DNA from: Candidatus Dadabacteria bacterium
GTDB lineage: Bacteria > Desulfobacterota_D > UBA1144 > Nemesobacterales > Nemesobacteraceae
Direction: 5' to 3'
NCBI GenBank assembly: GCA_026706695.1
Contig: JAPOYE010000047.1
Span: 1,760-65,759, forward strand
DNA length: 64,000 nt
Shown here: in pieces, positions 19,836-30,191 of the stretch
How positions within the stretch are numbered: position 1 is the stretch's first letter
Layout of the letters: every line of letters starts with the position of its first letter
Translations under genes and position numbers: made by a program
Notes under the pieces: generated by a model
The model's database searches: none
What the model saw: the letters and a program-made list of their open reading frames with translations, nothing else
What the model was told of the DNA's origin: nothing

Positions 19836-21230
19836 CTACTTTCCAATGCAGAATCTGGAGAAAATTCTGCCCAGAAGATCTTCCGTGGTGACTTCTCCCG
19901 TAATCTCGCCGAGCGAATTCATTGAGTTTCGCAGCTCTATCGAGAGGATCTCCGGATATTCGTTCCGCCCAAGAAGCTCAAGAAACATGCGCAGCTGGCT
20001 GCGGGCCTTCTCCATGGATTTTTTGTGGCGAAGGTTCGTAAGTACCAGTTCCGAGGCATCTGAGGCATGAGGCGAGCCCGAAAGGGTCTCAAACATGGCC
20101 TGCCTGAGCCGCCCTATCCCCTCTTTTGCGAGTGCCGAGGTTTCAACCGGCTTTTTTCGTCCAAGAATCCTCCGCAGCTTCGATCTTTCCAGCTTTTCCT
20201 CAAGATCCATCTTGTTGATCACGACAAGATGCTTCTTTTTGGCGGCGGTCTTGAGGATTTTTCTGTCCAAGGCATCAAATTCCGTGCTCTGGTCCAAAAC
20301 GACGAGCACGAACTCGGATTCCTCGGCTTTCTTCAAGGAAAGCTCCACCCCGAGCCTTTCTATCCGGTCTTCCGTGTCCCTTATGCCGGCCGTATCAGTT
20401 ATAACGAGGGGGATCCCCCCGATATTTATCCTCTCTTCGATAAAATCCCTCGTGGTTCCTGCTATAGGGCTCACTATAGCCCTCTGAGTCTCAAGCAGGC
20501 AGTTAAGAATGCTCGATTTCCCGACGTTAGGCTTGCCCAGTATTACCATCGTCACCCCGTCTCTGAACATTCTGCCCGTGTCGTAGCTGTCGATGAGCAC
20601 CGAAAGTTCTTTTTCCACGGACCCAGACGCTTCCTTGAGGCGGTTTTTCGCAATGGGGTCTATATCTTCCTCGGGAAAATCGAGATTCGCCTCTATTTCC
20701 GCCAGAACGTCAAGAATTTGATCCTTAAGTTCGTTAACCTTGCCCGAAAGGGTCCCTTCAAGCTGAGCCTCGGCGTACCGGAGACTCTGTTCGGTCTGGG
20801 CGCTTATAATGTCAGAAACCGCCTCGGCCTGCGCCAAGTCCATTTTCCCGTTAAGAAACGCCCTCTGGGTAAACTCGCCCGGGGCAGCGAGGGTCGCCCC
20901 GAGGCCGATCAGAATTTCAAGTATCTTCCGGGGAACTATATATCCCCCGTGAGAATGTATCTCGGCCACGTCCTCCCCCGTATACGTATCGGGGGAACTC
21001 ATAACCACACACAGGGCTTCATCCACCGTCCCGCCCGTTTCGGGGTCGATTATCTTCCCGAAACAGAGTTTTCTCTCGGAAAAACCCGTGTTCCCCACGG
21101 GAACGAAGATTTTCCTCGCGATCGAGTGAGATTCACCACCGCTTATACGGATTACGGCCACTCCTCCCTCTCCGGGCGGGGTGGAAATGGCGGCTATGGT
21201 GCTTTCGCGCTCGGGCACAAGTGATGACAT
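19836..21230 (-). CDS. mnmE: tRNA modification GTPase MnmE
   Basis: 464 aa. G-domain motifs GKPNVGKSS and DTAGIR, and the C-terminal CIGK tetrapeptide. Confidence 0.95.
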   Translation of the reverse strand: MSSLVPERESTIAAISTPPGEGGVAVIRISGGESHSIARKIFVPVGNTGFSERKLCFGKIIDPETGGTVDEALCVVMSSPDTYTGEDVAEIHSHGGYIVPRKILEILIGLGATLAAPGEFTQRAFLNGKMDLAQAEAVSDIISAQTEQSLRYAEAQLEGTLSGKVNELKDQILDVLAEIEANLDFPEEDIDPIAKNRLKEASGSVEKELSVLIDSYDTGRMFRDGVTMVILGKPNVGKSSILNCLLETQRAIVSPIAGTTRDFIEERINIGGIPLVITDTAGIRDTEDRIERLGVELSLKKAEESEFVLVVLDQSTEFDALDRKILKTAAKKKHLVVINKMDLEEKLERSKLRRILGRKKPVETSALAKEGIGRLRQAMFETLSGSPHASDASELVLTNLRHKKSMEKARSQLRMFLELLGRNEYPEILSIELRNSMNSLGEITGEVTTEDLLGRIFSRFCIGK

Positions 21231-21293
21231 GAAAGAGAATTTACCATATAAAGCCGCATTCGGTCAGAGGAAAAAAGCTAAAAAAACCCCGAA

Positions 21294-21309
21294 TGTTTCA
21301 CGTGAAACA
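21294..21309. promoter_or_regulatory. parS (ParB-binding centromere site), second copy
   Basis: Identical TGTTTCACGTGAAACA. The 23-nt string AATGTTTCACGTGAAACATTCAG is shared with the copy at 19805-19827. Confidence 0.8.
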
Positions 21310-21353
21310 TTCAGGGCAAATTGAGGAGGATTTTCAAAAAAACCGTTAAAACT

Positions 21354-22037
21354 CTATTTTTCGAGACTCTTAAGCGTGTCCATGGCAATGCTGGTGTGCG
21401 CATAACAGGAACCTGCGGTCATGACCATGGCAACGTTTATGGCCTCAGCCATCTGCTCCGCAGTCACTCCGTCTGTATGCGCGTCCTTCACGGTTCCCCT
21501 TATACAATAAGGACATTTAGTCGCATGAGCACATGCAAGGCCTATTATTCCCCTCTTCATTTTTTTACTGAGGGCTCCATCGGCAAAGATTTTCTTGTGA
21601 AGCTCCATGAAGTGGGGAGAAATATCGCCGCTGCACTCCCTGAAACTGGCAATCTCCTTCGCTATGTCCTTTTTGAAGAAATGTCCCTCGGTAAGAGGGA
21701 TGCCGCTTTCGAGGGTGTCCCAAGCTTCAAAAGCCAGGCTTGAAAACGCGAAAGGCCCACCCATGTTGAGCCTAAGTCCCACGTATATCGATTCGACTAT
21801 TTCCTGGTCGCTTGCTCCCTCTTTTTTGCTGGCTCGAACCCTTGACCTTATGCAGTAAGGACAAGCCGTAATATGCGCTACGGCTACCGCGATGAGCTGT
21901 TTTTCCTTTGCGGTGAGAGCTCCGTCGGTAAAAACCGAATCATGATAAGCCATCCAAGAGTCGTAAAGATCCGGGTTCAGTTTTCTGAGATGAGCTATAT
22001 CCCCACCGATCTGGGCCTTCATTATAGTATCAGACAT
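21354..22037 (-). CDS. carboxymuconolactone decarboxylase (AhpD-like) family protein, tandem domains
   Basis: 227 aa with two CMD-type CxxC motifs (ACPYCIRS, KCPYCIRG). Confidence 0.75.
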   Translation of the reverse strand: MSDTIMKAQIGGDIAHLRKLNPDLYDSWMAYHDSVFTDGALTAKEKQLIAVAVAHITACPYCIRSRVRASKKEGASDQEIVESIYVGLRLNMGGPFAFSSLAFEAWDTLESGIPLTEGHFFKKDIAKEIASFRECSGDISPHFMELHKKIFADGALSKKMKRGIIGLACAHATKCPYCIRGTVKDAHTDGVTAEQMAEAINVAMVMTAGSCYAHTSIAMDTLKSLEK

Positions 22038-22207
22038 ACCGGTTATACCTCTCGTTGATTATTAGTTTCCCCGTCTTTTAAAGAACTGCGCTTGACCTAA
22101 GCACAGAAACTCCAAATCCTCGCGCGTAGAGTAACTGCTTCAGACCGGAAAATCAACAGGCCGGGCACCTGTGGAGACAGGTTTTGCCCAGACGGCAGGG
22201 ATGCAGG

Positions 22208-22837
22208 TTACATTTCGTCGATTAAGCTCATCCACTCGTCAACTAAGTGCACCCACTCTTTTTTAAGAACGAGCCGTTTCCCTTGGCTGACCGCATCCTT
22301 TATAGGAGAAAGGGATTTCTTGGTCTTAGCCAGAAGTACGGCTCCTTCAAATTGAGAAAGCATGAACCTGGCCAGTTCCCCCGGATCAATATCCTCGTGA
22401 AAAAACCCCTGTTCCATCCCTCTTCTTAAACATCCCCCAATCAAGATTTCGAGTTCCTGGTAATAGTTCTCCAGAGCAGAACGGAATTTCTCGTTGATGG
22501 AACTCTGTTCTAATGCTATGTTTCCGAAAAAAGAGCCCCCATATATGGACTGCTCGAGAAGATGGCGGTGAGAAGAAAACGCCCTCTTGTAACAGTCCAG
22601 AAACTGTTCAACAGGACTGAGATCGGTTTGCATAATTTCCGAGATTTCACGGATCTGCTTTTCGGCAAGTTTCGTGAGAACACTCAATCCCAACTCTTCT
22701 TTGCCTTCGAAGTAGTAGTAGAAATTGCTCTTGGAAACGCCTGCTTTCTTTATGAGCATATCTATGGAAGTCCCGTCATACCCATAGAAATGGAAAAGTT
22801 CGGTGGCGGCCTCCATGATTTTATCTTTATTGCTCAT
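22208..22837 (-). CDS. TetR/AcrR-family transcriptional regulator
   Basis: 209 aa with the N-terminal HTH FHFYGYDGTSIDMLIKKAGVSKSNFYYYF. Confidence 0.85.
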   Translation of the reverse strand: MSNKDKIMEAATELFHFYGYDGTSIDMLIKKAGVSKSNFYYYFEGKEELGLSVLTKLAEKQIREISEIMQTDLSPVEQFLDCYKRAFSSHRHLLEQSIYGGSFFGNIALEQSSINEKFRSALENYYQELEILIGGCLRRGMEQGFFHEDIDPGELARFMLSQFEGAVLLAKTKKSLSPIKDAVSQGKRLVLKKEWVHLVDEWMSLIDEM

Positions 22838-22928
22838 AACGCTTAGTTGCCCCTAGTACTAAAGGTACTAAAACTAAACCCTTAAAAGAATCTGTTGTCA
22901 AGGGCTCTTTGAATAAATTGAGAAGTGA

Positions 22929-24056
22929 TTACAACATGATACGCAACGGTCGGTCCTTATCGAGTTCGGCCAGTTCTTCGGGTGAAAGACCCTTTGACTG
23001 GAGCAGAACCTTGAATTTTCTCCCCATGAATTCAGGCATAAAAAGCGTCTTGGCCGCAAGACGGTCTCCCTGGTTCCGGGGTTTGTCGTATGTCTTGAAA
23101 ATTTCGAGAATTCCCCAGTCAACAAGAAACTGCCCCTGGGTTGCATACTTGACGGTGGCAAGACCCAAGGTATCACCGACCCTCATAAGTTCGGAAAAAT
23201 TAACGTCAGCTGTTATATCCTGCTCTCCAACCCTCGTGTAGGGGTCGGAACTCAGTTCATGGCGATAAAAGCACCTGAAGGTGCCTTTTCGTCTTGCGGG
23301 AGAGTAAAGCTCGGGAGCGAGAGATCCATAGTCAATGCATAGAACAAACCCTTTTTGAAGCGCCTCTCCCACCTCGGCAAGCCATTTCCCCGCCAGCAGA
23401 CAAGCTTCCGCCTCTTCTCCTCGGTCATATCCTTCCAGATATCGGTTTGAAAAGTCATAAATCCCTTCCGCTTCGGGATTCCGGAGAACTTCCTCGATTT
23501 CCCCGTTGCGAAGAGAGAGAAAAACCTCCCGGATTTCCTCTCCGTCCGACCTAAGTCTGTGAAAGGGCAGAGAATCCAGAAATTCGTTGGCAATCACCAC
23601 TCCGCGGAATCCGTCTTTCCCGATCTCCTGAAGATCGTTTATCCACCGAACCTTTCCGCGGTGCCCCTCGAGCTTTTCCCTGGCCGCGAGCACCGCTGCA
23701 GGGCTTGCTTCGCTCATCACGTAGTCGGTCTTTGAGTAAAGCCCAGGGTGGTTCCGGCTAAGGTCCTCGAGTATATCAAGGGCAAGCTGCCCGCCAGAGG
23801 CCCCGAATTCCACGACGGTGAAACTTTCCCCTTCCAGCAGAAGCGACGCCTCGGCAAGGAACCGCGAGATAGTCTCCCCGAAAGAGCGGTGAACCGATGG
23901 AGCGGTGTAAAAATCACCCTTTTTCCCGATCCTCGCCTTCCCCGATGAGTAATAACCGTGCCCCGGGTGAAAAAGGGACAGTTCGACAAATCTGCGGAAG
24001 GAAATCGGGCCGGATTCCCGTATCTCCTCTTTTATAATTTCCAAAAGGGTATGCAT
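22929..24056 (-). CDS. SAM-dependent methyltransferase, MidA/NDUFAF7 (DUF185) family
   Basis: 375 aa with the PISFRRFVELSLFHPGHGYYSSG N-terminus and the VVEFGASGGQLA SAM motif. Confidence 0.75.
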   Translation of the reverse strand: MHTLLEIIKEEIRESGPISFRRFVELSLFHPGHGYYSSGKARIGKKGDFYTAPSVHRSFGETISRFLAEASLLLEGESFTVVEFGASGGQLALDILEDLSRNHPGLYSKTDYVMSEASPAAVLAAREKLEGHRGKVRWINDLQEIGKDGFRGVVIANEFLDSLPFHRLRSDGEEIREVFLSLRNGEIEEVLRNPEAEGIYDFSNRYLEGYDRGEEAEACLLAGKWLAEVGEALQKGFVLCIDYGSLAPELYSPARRKGTFRCFYRHELSSDPYTRVGEQDITADVNFSELMRVGDTLGLATVKYATQGQFLVDWGILEIFKTYDKPRNQGDRLAAKTLFMPEFMGRKFKVLLQSKGLSPEELAELDKDRPLRIML

Positions 24057-24506
24057 TTTTCCTCCGCCACGGAAAATAACAGTCAGGAGATAAAATTACA
24101 CAGGTTTTCCATACTTTAAAAACAAGCTGAAATCCTTCCTTATCGCCCGAAAAACAAGGAAAAAGAACACATTACGGCGGATAAAAAAGATCTGGTACCG
24201 GCTAGTATCATTTCACACAGGGCTAAAAGAGACCTTTGCGGGCCGAAAAAAATTATCAAGCAATTTCAGATAGTTAGACCTGCTAAGACGCCGAGCACTA
24301 AAAAATTCCACAATCTATCAACAGAAAAAAATTGTTTGATATCAAGCAATTACGAAAATCTGGAGCTTCTCAAGGTTTCTGGCATGGTGCAATCTTCAAA
24401 AAGGCACGAGAGCGGGATCCTGCATTCACTATCAACTGGGGGATACGGGCTGATTGCGCCCGAAAAACAACCGGAAACAGCCGCCAGTCCGAGATTTTAC
24501 GCCGGT

Positions 24507-25343
24507 TTACTTGCTCGAGAATCTTTTGCCGATACTGGCAAAGGCGTTATGGCTGTGAATGCTTTCGTAGTTAAGAACCCTGAGTTGGTAAGAGTCGAAA
24601 CTGGGGTTGCCATGGAGTTCCGAAGCTATATTTCTCACGACATCCTCAACAAAGCACGGCTTGTTGTAAGCGCTCATTGTAACGTGGCGCTCATCTTCCC
24701 TTTTTAAAAGCGGGTAAAGCGGGGAAGAGGCCCCTCTTTCCGCAATCTCTATTATTTCCTCAAGGCATATCTCTATCGGGTCGTTTTCCTTCTTTCCTTC
24801 GTGCGTAATGGTTATGAAAACCTTGGAACGCTGGTTGTGAGCCCCGTAATCGCTTATCTCCTTGCTGCAGGGACAAAGGGTTTTGACCGGAACCACTACG
24901 CTCTGGGTAAGGCGTATGCCCTCCGGGTGCATTTCGCCGTGGTACGTGCATTTGTAAGGCTGTGGGGATATCTTGCCGCTTACAGGGGCATGCCGGTTGA
25001 AAAAGTAATCAAACTCTATTTTGACGTCGGAATCTTCCGAGCCCTGCCTGTCGCAGAGGGCGATCAGGAAAGAAGCCATATTTCCCAAGGAGAAGGACCC
25101 GTTGAAATCAAGGGCAGTCTCAAGCAGACGGCTCATGTGAATTCCCTTCTGGTCGGGGCCGAGGTTAACGCTCAGGCTCAGGGAAGCCTGAATATTCTGG
25201 TCCTTCTCAGAATCGATCTCGCAGCCTTTTATCTTAAGCGGAATCTTGAGGTCGCAGACGCCGACTCTGTCTATGGAGATATTCCTGTAGTCCTTTCTCG
25301 CCTGTATGTCTTCAATAGGCTTTTCTTCAAGTTTCATTTTCAA
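24507..25343 (-). CDS. folE2: GTP cyclohydrolase I type 2 (FolE2/MptA family)
   Basis: 278 aa with KGIHMSRL and CPCSKEISDYGAHNQRS, characteristic of FolE2. Confidence 0.85.
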   Translation of the reverse strand: MKMKLEEKPIEDIQARKDYRNISIDRVGVCDLKIPLKIKGCEIDSEKDQNIQASLSLSVNLGPDQKGIHMSRLLETALDFNGSFSLGNMASFLIALCDRQGSEDSDVKIEFDYFFNRHAPVSGKISPQPYKCTYHGEMHPEGIRLTQSVVVPVKTLCPCSKEISDYGAHNQRSKVFITITHEGKKENDPIEICLEEIIEIAERGASSPLYPLLKREDERHVTMSAYNKPCFVEDVVRNIASELHGNPSFDSYQLRVLNYESIHSHNAFASIGKRFSSK

Positions 25344-25463
25344 AGCATTTTCCTCTTTGTTCGATAGAGTAACTGCCGCAAATCAAAGGCGGGTTCTTCT
25401 CAGGACGGGGAAGAATACCACAATGAAAACCCTTTGCAACAACCAGAGCCCTCAACGGGGTCT

Positions 25464-25802
25464 TCAGCGAAGTTTGGGATTGTCCGAGTGCCGCTTCCCG
25501 TCTCTCTGTGTTTTCTTCTCAAAATTCTTTCTCAAAACCTCCGTAAGATCAACTCCCGTCTGGTTCGCTATACATGTTAAGACGAAGAAGACGTCTGCAA
25601 GCTCGTCTCCGAGTTCCCGGCGATTTTCATTCCCCTTGAAACTCTGCTCCCCGTATGTCCTGGACATGATTCTCGCCACCTCTCCCACTTCCTCGACAAG
25701 CTGCGCGAGGTTGGTAAGCTCGGAGAAGTACCGCACTCCCACTTCCTTTATCCACTCGTCAACTTCCCGCTGATACTCCCTGACCGTTATCTCGCCAGAC
25801 AT
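25464..25802 (-). CDS. MazG-like nucleotide pyrophosphohydrolase
   Basis: 112 aa with LVEEVGEVARI...LGDELADVFFVL, the EExxE/D metal-binding helices. Confidence 0.8.
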   Translation of the reverse strand: MSGEITVREYQREVDEWIKEVGVRYFSELTNLAQLVEEVGEVARIMSRTYGEQSFKGNENRRELGDELADVFFVLTCIANQTGVDLTEVLRKNFEKKTQRDGKRHSDNPKLR

Positions 25803-25865
25803 AAAACCACCCTCGGCTTCTTAGCGCCCGCAACAAATCCTAAAGTTTTTTCCGTCCCCTTAATT

Positions 25866-26681
25866 CTACCACCCGAACTCTGAAAGAAGCGATTCCCTCA
25901 TAACCTCGTAACTACGAGAAACAGAAGGCATCGCGTCGCCGCCCACCCCGCTTACATAAACAATACCCGCAACAGCGTTGGTAAGAAAAGCGTAATCACT
26001 TGACAGAAGCTCCTCAAGGGGAAATTTCCCGCAGACGGGCTCATAGCCAAGCCGCCCGGCTGAACGCAAAACGATTTCCCTGGTCACCCCAGGCAAAACG
26101 GGGCACTCAGAAGACGGGGTGAAAAGCCTTTTCCCTCTGGTCCAGAAAACATTGTGGCACGAGGTCTCGGCCACCCTGCCGTCGGTATCGAGAAAAAGGG
26201 CTTCGCCAAAACCCCTCTCAATAGCCTCTCTCTTCGCCACGATATTTCCCAGATAGTTAAGCGTCTTGTGCGAAAAAAGGCTGCTCTGCGGGGGTCTTCT
26301 CTCGCTGCAGACCCAGAGAGAGAGGGCATCCGGGCTCTGCGCACGGGGTCTTACGGACACAAGAAGCGAAGCCGCCCGGGGACGTGAGTGATAAACCGCG
26401 CCCCCTTGGGCGAGAAGACAAGCTTTTACGTGCAGATCACCCCCGGGGGACGCTCCCACGGCATCCTCGATTCTGAGCCTTACCCGGGATTCCGGGGGAA
26501 ACGGGATGCCGAGAAAAGAGGCTCCCTTTCTCATTCTCTCAAGATGCATGGAGAGGAAAACAGGCGGGGATCCCTTCCACCTGAAGCTCTCGAAAACCCC
26601 TTCTCCGTAAAAAAGAGCACGGAGCGCAGGCACATCCTCAAGCCTTTTCCCGTCGAGAAAGAAAAGTTCCTCCATATCCAA
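25866..26681 (-). CDS. pabC: aminodeoxychorismate lyase (class IV aminotransferase fold)
   Basis: 271 aa, class IV PLP fold (YGEGVFESFR, LPGVTRE). Immediately downstream of pabB. Confidence 0.7.
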   Translation of the reverse strand: MDMEELFFLDGKRLEDVPALRALFYGEGVFESFRWKGSPPVFLSMHLERMRKGASFLGIPFPPESRVRLRIEDAVGASPGGDLHVKACLLAQGGAVYHSRPRAASLLVSVRPRAQSPDALSLWVCSERRPPQSSLFSHKTLNYLGNIVAKREAIERGFGEALFLDTDGRVAETSCHNVFWTRGKRLFTPSSECPVLPGVTREIVLRSAGRLGYEPVCGKFPLEELLSSDYAFLTNAVAGIVYVSGVGGDAMPSVSRSYEVMRESLLSEFGW

Positions 26682-26684
26682 TGA

Positions 26685-27908
26685 TTATAGCACCTGTCGG
26701 GACGCGATTGATGTGAGGGCCTTTGCCTTGAGTTCCGTCTCCCCGTATTCGTCGTCCGCTTTCGAATCCCACACAATTCCGCCTCCGAACCAGAAATCCA
26801 CCCCCTCGGAACTGTTCACCCCGGTGCGGATCGCGACGCTCATGGTAAAGTCCCCGCTCGGAGAGAACAGGCAGATCGCTCCGCAGTAAGGGCCCCTTTC
26901 ATGGGGCTCAAGGCTGTCTATTATGCGGATAGCTTCCCTTTTCGGGGCCCCGGTAACGGATCCGGGGGGAAAAGTGCTGGCAATTATTTGAGAGAGTCCG
27001 ACTCCCGGGCGAAGGCGCCCCTCGATTTCGGACTCCATCTGGAAAAGCGTACTGTAGCGGCGGACAGTAAAAAGCTCCCTTACCCCTATGGAGCCGTACC
27101 CGCATATCCTCCCGAGGTCGTTTCTCATGAGATCAACTATCATGAGGTTCTCGGCCCGCTCCTTGGGCTTTTTCCCGAGTGTCTCGGCAAGCTCCCTGTC
27201 GCGTCGTGGGTCGGGATCCCTGCGGACGGTCCCCTTTATGGGTCTCGTGGTAATGCTGTCGCCCCTTCTCCTAAGAAAAAGCTCCATGGAGCCGCTTACA
27301 AGCTCAAAACCCGGAAAACCGATAAAGGCGGCGAAGGGAACGGGCTGGGCACGGTAAAAATCCAGAAACCACGAAAGCGGCTCACCCAGGGGTTTGAAGC
27401 GGAACTTTCGCGAAAGGTTCACCTGATAAACGTCTCCCGCCGCTATATGCTCCTTTATCGCCGAAATCTTCCGGGCGTATTCTTCCCTCTCAATATTCGA
27501 GCGGGGAAGGGGCCCGGGACCTGCCCTCTCCCGCGGGAAGGCGGAGAGAACTTCTTCCCAGGGGGCTGTGTAAAAACTGTCTTCTTCGTAAAAATGGAAA
27601 AAAAGGAAAGGGAGCTTCTCCCTCTGCTTTGCGTCCGAGGTAGGAACCCCGGGAGTCGTGTAGCTTAGGTAGTCGTAGCTTATGTAGCCGAGAGCCGTGT
27701 ATCCCTCGGCAGCCAGTTTCTCGACCAAACCGAGAGGGTCTTCCGAGAAAATCTCCTCCCCGGAGCGGGAAAACACCTTGGTCCCGTCGCTCGAGAAGCA
27801 GAGGGTGAGGGCAGGATCGCCGAAAATCCCGGCCGTGGCAGAGGAACCCGAATCGAACCATCCTGCGCCCGAGTCTATCAAAAGGGACTTTGGTCTGTGA
27901 AGCTTCAT
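26685..27908 (-). CDS. pabB: aminodeoxychorismate synthase component I
   Basis: 407 aa with the chorismate-binding C-terminal motifs [19 protein letters not shown] and GGGIVWDS. Confidence 0.85.
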   Translation of the reverse strand: MKLHRPKSLLIDSGAGWFDSGSSATAGIFGDPALTLCFSSDGTKVFSRSGEEIFSEDPLGLVEKLAAEGYTALGYISYDYLSYTTPGVPTSDAKQREKLPFLFFHFYEEDSFYTAPWEEVLSAFPRERAGPGPLPRSNIEREEYARKISAIKEHIAAGDVYQVNLSRKFRFKPLGEPLSWFLDFYRAQPVPFAAFIGFPGFELVSGSMELFLRRRGDSITTRPIKGTVRRDPDPRRDRELAETLGKKPKERAENLMIVDLMRNDLGRICGYGSIGVRELFTVRRYSTLFQMESEIEGRLRPGVGLSQIIASTFPPGSVTGAPKREAIRIIDSLEPHERGPYCGAICLFSPSGDFTMSVAIRTGVNSSEGVDFWFGGGIVWDSKADDEYGETELKAKALTSIASRQVL

Positions 27909-27957
27909 CGCCTCCTCCCTTTGAGACTCAAAGCCCGTCGAGCACCTGGGAACGCGC

Positions 27958-29958
27958 TTACGACGGGGGAGGCGCGTCGGCTTTAACCGAGCGGTTAAGG
28001 ATTTCGGCTATGTCCTGGACGCCGATCTCCTCCTCCTTGCCCTTGAATCGCGCGGCGTCGTCAAACATCGTGTTGCAGAAGTAGCACGCCGTCGCCAGGG
28101 TGTCGGGGTTAATGTCCGCGGCCTCGTCGAAGCGGTTCCAGTTAACCCTGGGAGCCTCTTCCTCCATCCAGATCTTTCCGCCTCCGGCTCCGCAGCAGAA
28201 ACTCTTTGTCCTGTTCCTCTTCATCTCCACCAGATCGATCCCCGGAATGCTTTTCAGTATCTCCCTTGGAGAATCGTAGACGTTGTTGTAGCGGCCGATG
28301 TAGCAGGAATCGTGGTATGTTATCTTCTCCTCGATCGGAGCGTCGGGGTTAAGTCTGCCCTCCTGGATGAGCTGCAGGAGAAAATCGGTGTGGTGGACGA
28401 CCTCGTAGTGCCCGCCGAACTGCGGATATTCGTTCTTCATGGTGTTGAAGCAGTGGGGACAGTTTGCGAGAATCTTCTTCACCTTCAATTCATTCAGAGT
28501 CTCGATGTTCTGGACGGCGAGCATCTGGTAGAGGGCCTCCTCTCCGAGCCTTCTTGCGGGGTCACCCGTGCAGGTCTCCGCGGGGCCCATGACGGCGAAA
28601 TTAACTCCCGCAATCTTAAGCAGGGTCACTATCGCCTTTGAGACTTCCTGGCCCCTCGGGTCGTAGCCCCCGAAGCACCCAGTCCAGTAAATCACGTCAA
28701 ATTCGCTTGCGTTCTCGGCCGAGACTCCGAGGATGGGAACTTCCATCTCGGAAAGCCAGGCGCCGCGGTCGGCCTCCGGGAATCCCCAGGGGTTTCCGTT
28801 GTTCTGAAGCTTCTGAAGGGTCCTTGTGGCGGTTCCGCTCATGCGGCCCTCAAGGGTAAGGAACCTTCTCATGTCCATTATCTTGCCCATCTGGTCAATG
28901 AAAAGCGGGCACTGCTCAACGCATGCGTTGCACGTGGTGCATGCCCAGAGCTCCTCGGGCGTCACCCACTCGGTGTCGGGAAGATCGGGCTGCTCTTCCT
29001 GGGGTTTTCCGGCGAGTATGTCCTTCCCCTCGCTTGAGACGTAGTGGCGAAGCTTAACGACGATGTCCCTCGGAGAGAGCACCTTCTCGGTGTTCCACGC
29101 CGGGCAGTTATCCGTGCACCTTCCGCACTCGGTGCAGGTATAGGCGTCAAGTATGTCCTTCCAGCTGAAATCGGCTATCTTCGAGGAGCCGAAGTGGTCA
29201 AGATCCTCGGGGATTTCCTCGAAATCAAGCTTCGAGAGCTGCCCGCGGGGCTTCAGGCTCTGGAAAAAAACATTGAAAACGGCCGTAAGAACATGGCTGT
29301 GCTTGGAGTAGGGAAGGTAGTTGAGAAAGGAAAGCACTATGAGAATGTGGAACCACCAGAAAAACTCCTTCCAGAAAAAGGTGCTCCCGGTGCTCATGCC
29401 CTCGTAGAGCCCGGAAAAGGCCCCGGACACCGGCAACATCGCTGGACTCGTCTCGGCAAGCGCTATCCTCGCCCCCGTGGTGAGAAAGGCGGTGATCATG
29501 AGGCCGAATATAAGACCCAGTATCACGACCGCGTCGGGACCGTTAACCTCCCTTCTTCTCCCTATGGTGAGCCTGTTTATTATGCCCATGCCTATGGCCA
29601 CAAGAACCAGGGCCTGCACTATGTCAAGGATCAGCTCGTAGACTCCCCCCATGGTTCCCGGGAAAAAGTGAAATCCGGGAACAACGCCGCTTACGAGCAT
29701 CTCCACCGTCCCCACCGTTATTATGACGAACCCCCAGAAGATCATGGCATGTTCTATGCCGGCGAAACGGTACTTGAAAAGCCTCCTCTGGCCGAACACG
29801 TAGACGATGACCTTCCTTATCCTCTCGGGAATGTTGTCAAACCTGTTGTCTTCCTTTTTTCCGAGAGTGACAAGTTTTAAGAGAAGGCGGATGTTGTAGG
29901 CGAAAAAACCGAAGGCCGCTATAAGCAGCAGAAGCATTATCACGGATTTAGGGTTCAT
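27958..29958 (-). CDS. membrane-anchored (Fe-S)-binding oxidoreductase (NarI-like TM domain + 2x[4Fe-4S] + CCG domains; HdrD/GlpC-like)
   Basis: 666 aa. About 6 N-terminal TM helices, ferredoxin motifs CTECGRCTDNCP and CTTCNACVEQCP, and C-terminal CCG motifs (CCGAGGG). Confidence 0.75.
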   Translation of the reverse strand: MNPKSVIMLLLLIAAFGFFAYNIRLLLKLVTLGKKEDNRFDNIPERIRKVIVYVFGQRRLFKYRFAGIEHAMIFWGFVIITVGTVEMLVSGVVPGFHFFPGTMGGVYELILDIVQALVLVAIGMGIINRLTIGRRREVNGPDAVVILGLIFGLMITAFLTTGARIALAETSPAMLPVSGAFSGLYEGMSTGSTFFWKEFFWWFHILIVLSFLNYLPYSKHSHVLTAVFNVFFQSLKPRGQLSKLDFEEIPEDLDHFGSSKIADFSWKDILDAYTCTECGRCTDNCPAWNTEKVLSPRDIVVKLRHYVSSEGKDILAGKPQEEQPDLPDTEWVTPEELWACTTCNACVEQCPLFIDQMGKIMDMRRFLTLEGRMSGTATRTLQKLQNNGNPWGFPEADRGAWLSEMEVPILGVSAENASEFDVIYWTGCFGGYDPRGQEVSKAIVTLLKIAGVNFAVMGPAETCTGDPARRLGEEALYQMLAVQNIETLNELKVKKILANCPHCFNTMKNEYPQFGGHYEVVHHTDFLLQLIQEGRLNPDAPIEEKITYHDSCYIGRYNNVYDSPREILKSIPGIDLVEMKRNRTKSFCCGAGGGKIWMEEEAPRVNWNRFDEAADINPDTLATACYFCNTMFDDAARFKGKEEEIGVQDIAEILNRSVKADAPPPS

Positions 29959-30191
29959 CTAGTTTCTCCGAAGCAAGACATGGAAAAAGCAGCATGAATT
30001 ATATTGAATTCGCGGGGTTTTATCAAGCCGGGAGGAGAGTGCCGGCTTCCTCTTCCATGGTGCTGAAAAGGTGGCATCCGAATCTGTTCGGCAGAAAACA
30101 GATTCCCTGTTTCGCTACCCGGGACGTGCTCTCCCGGGCCAAATTTAACCTTTCCGGCGCCTCTCCCTCCGCCGCGCACACAGACCCCGGG

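Noticed and set aside
30080-30105. Perfect 9-bp-stem hairpin GAATCTGTT-cggcagaa-AACAGATTC downstream of the Cache-like gene, considered as a terminator.
   Set aside because: No U-tract follows on the relevant (minus) strand. It may still be a processing or protein-binding site, but an intrinsic-terminator call cannot be supported.
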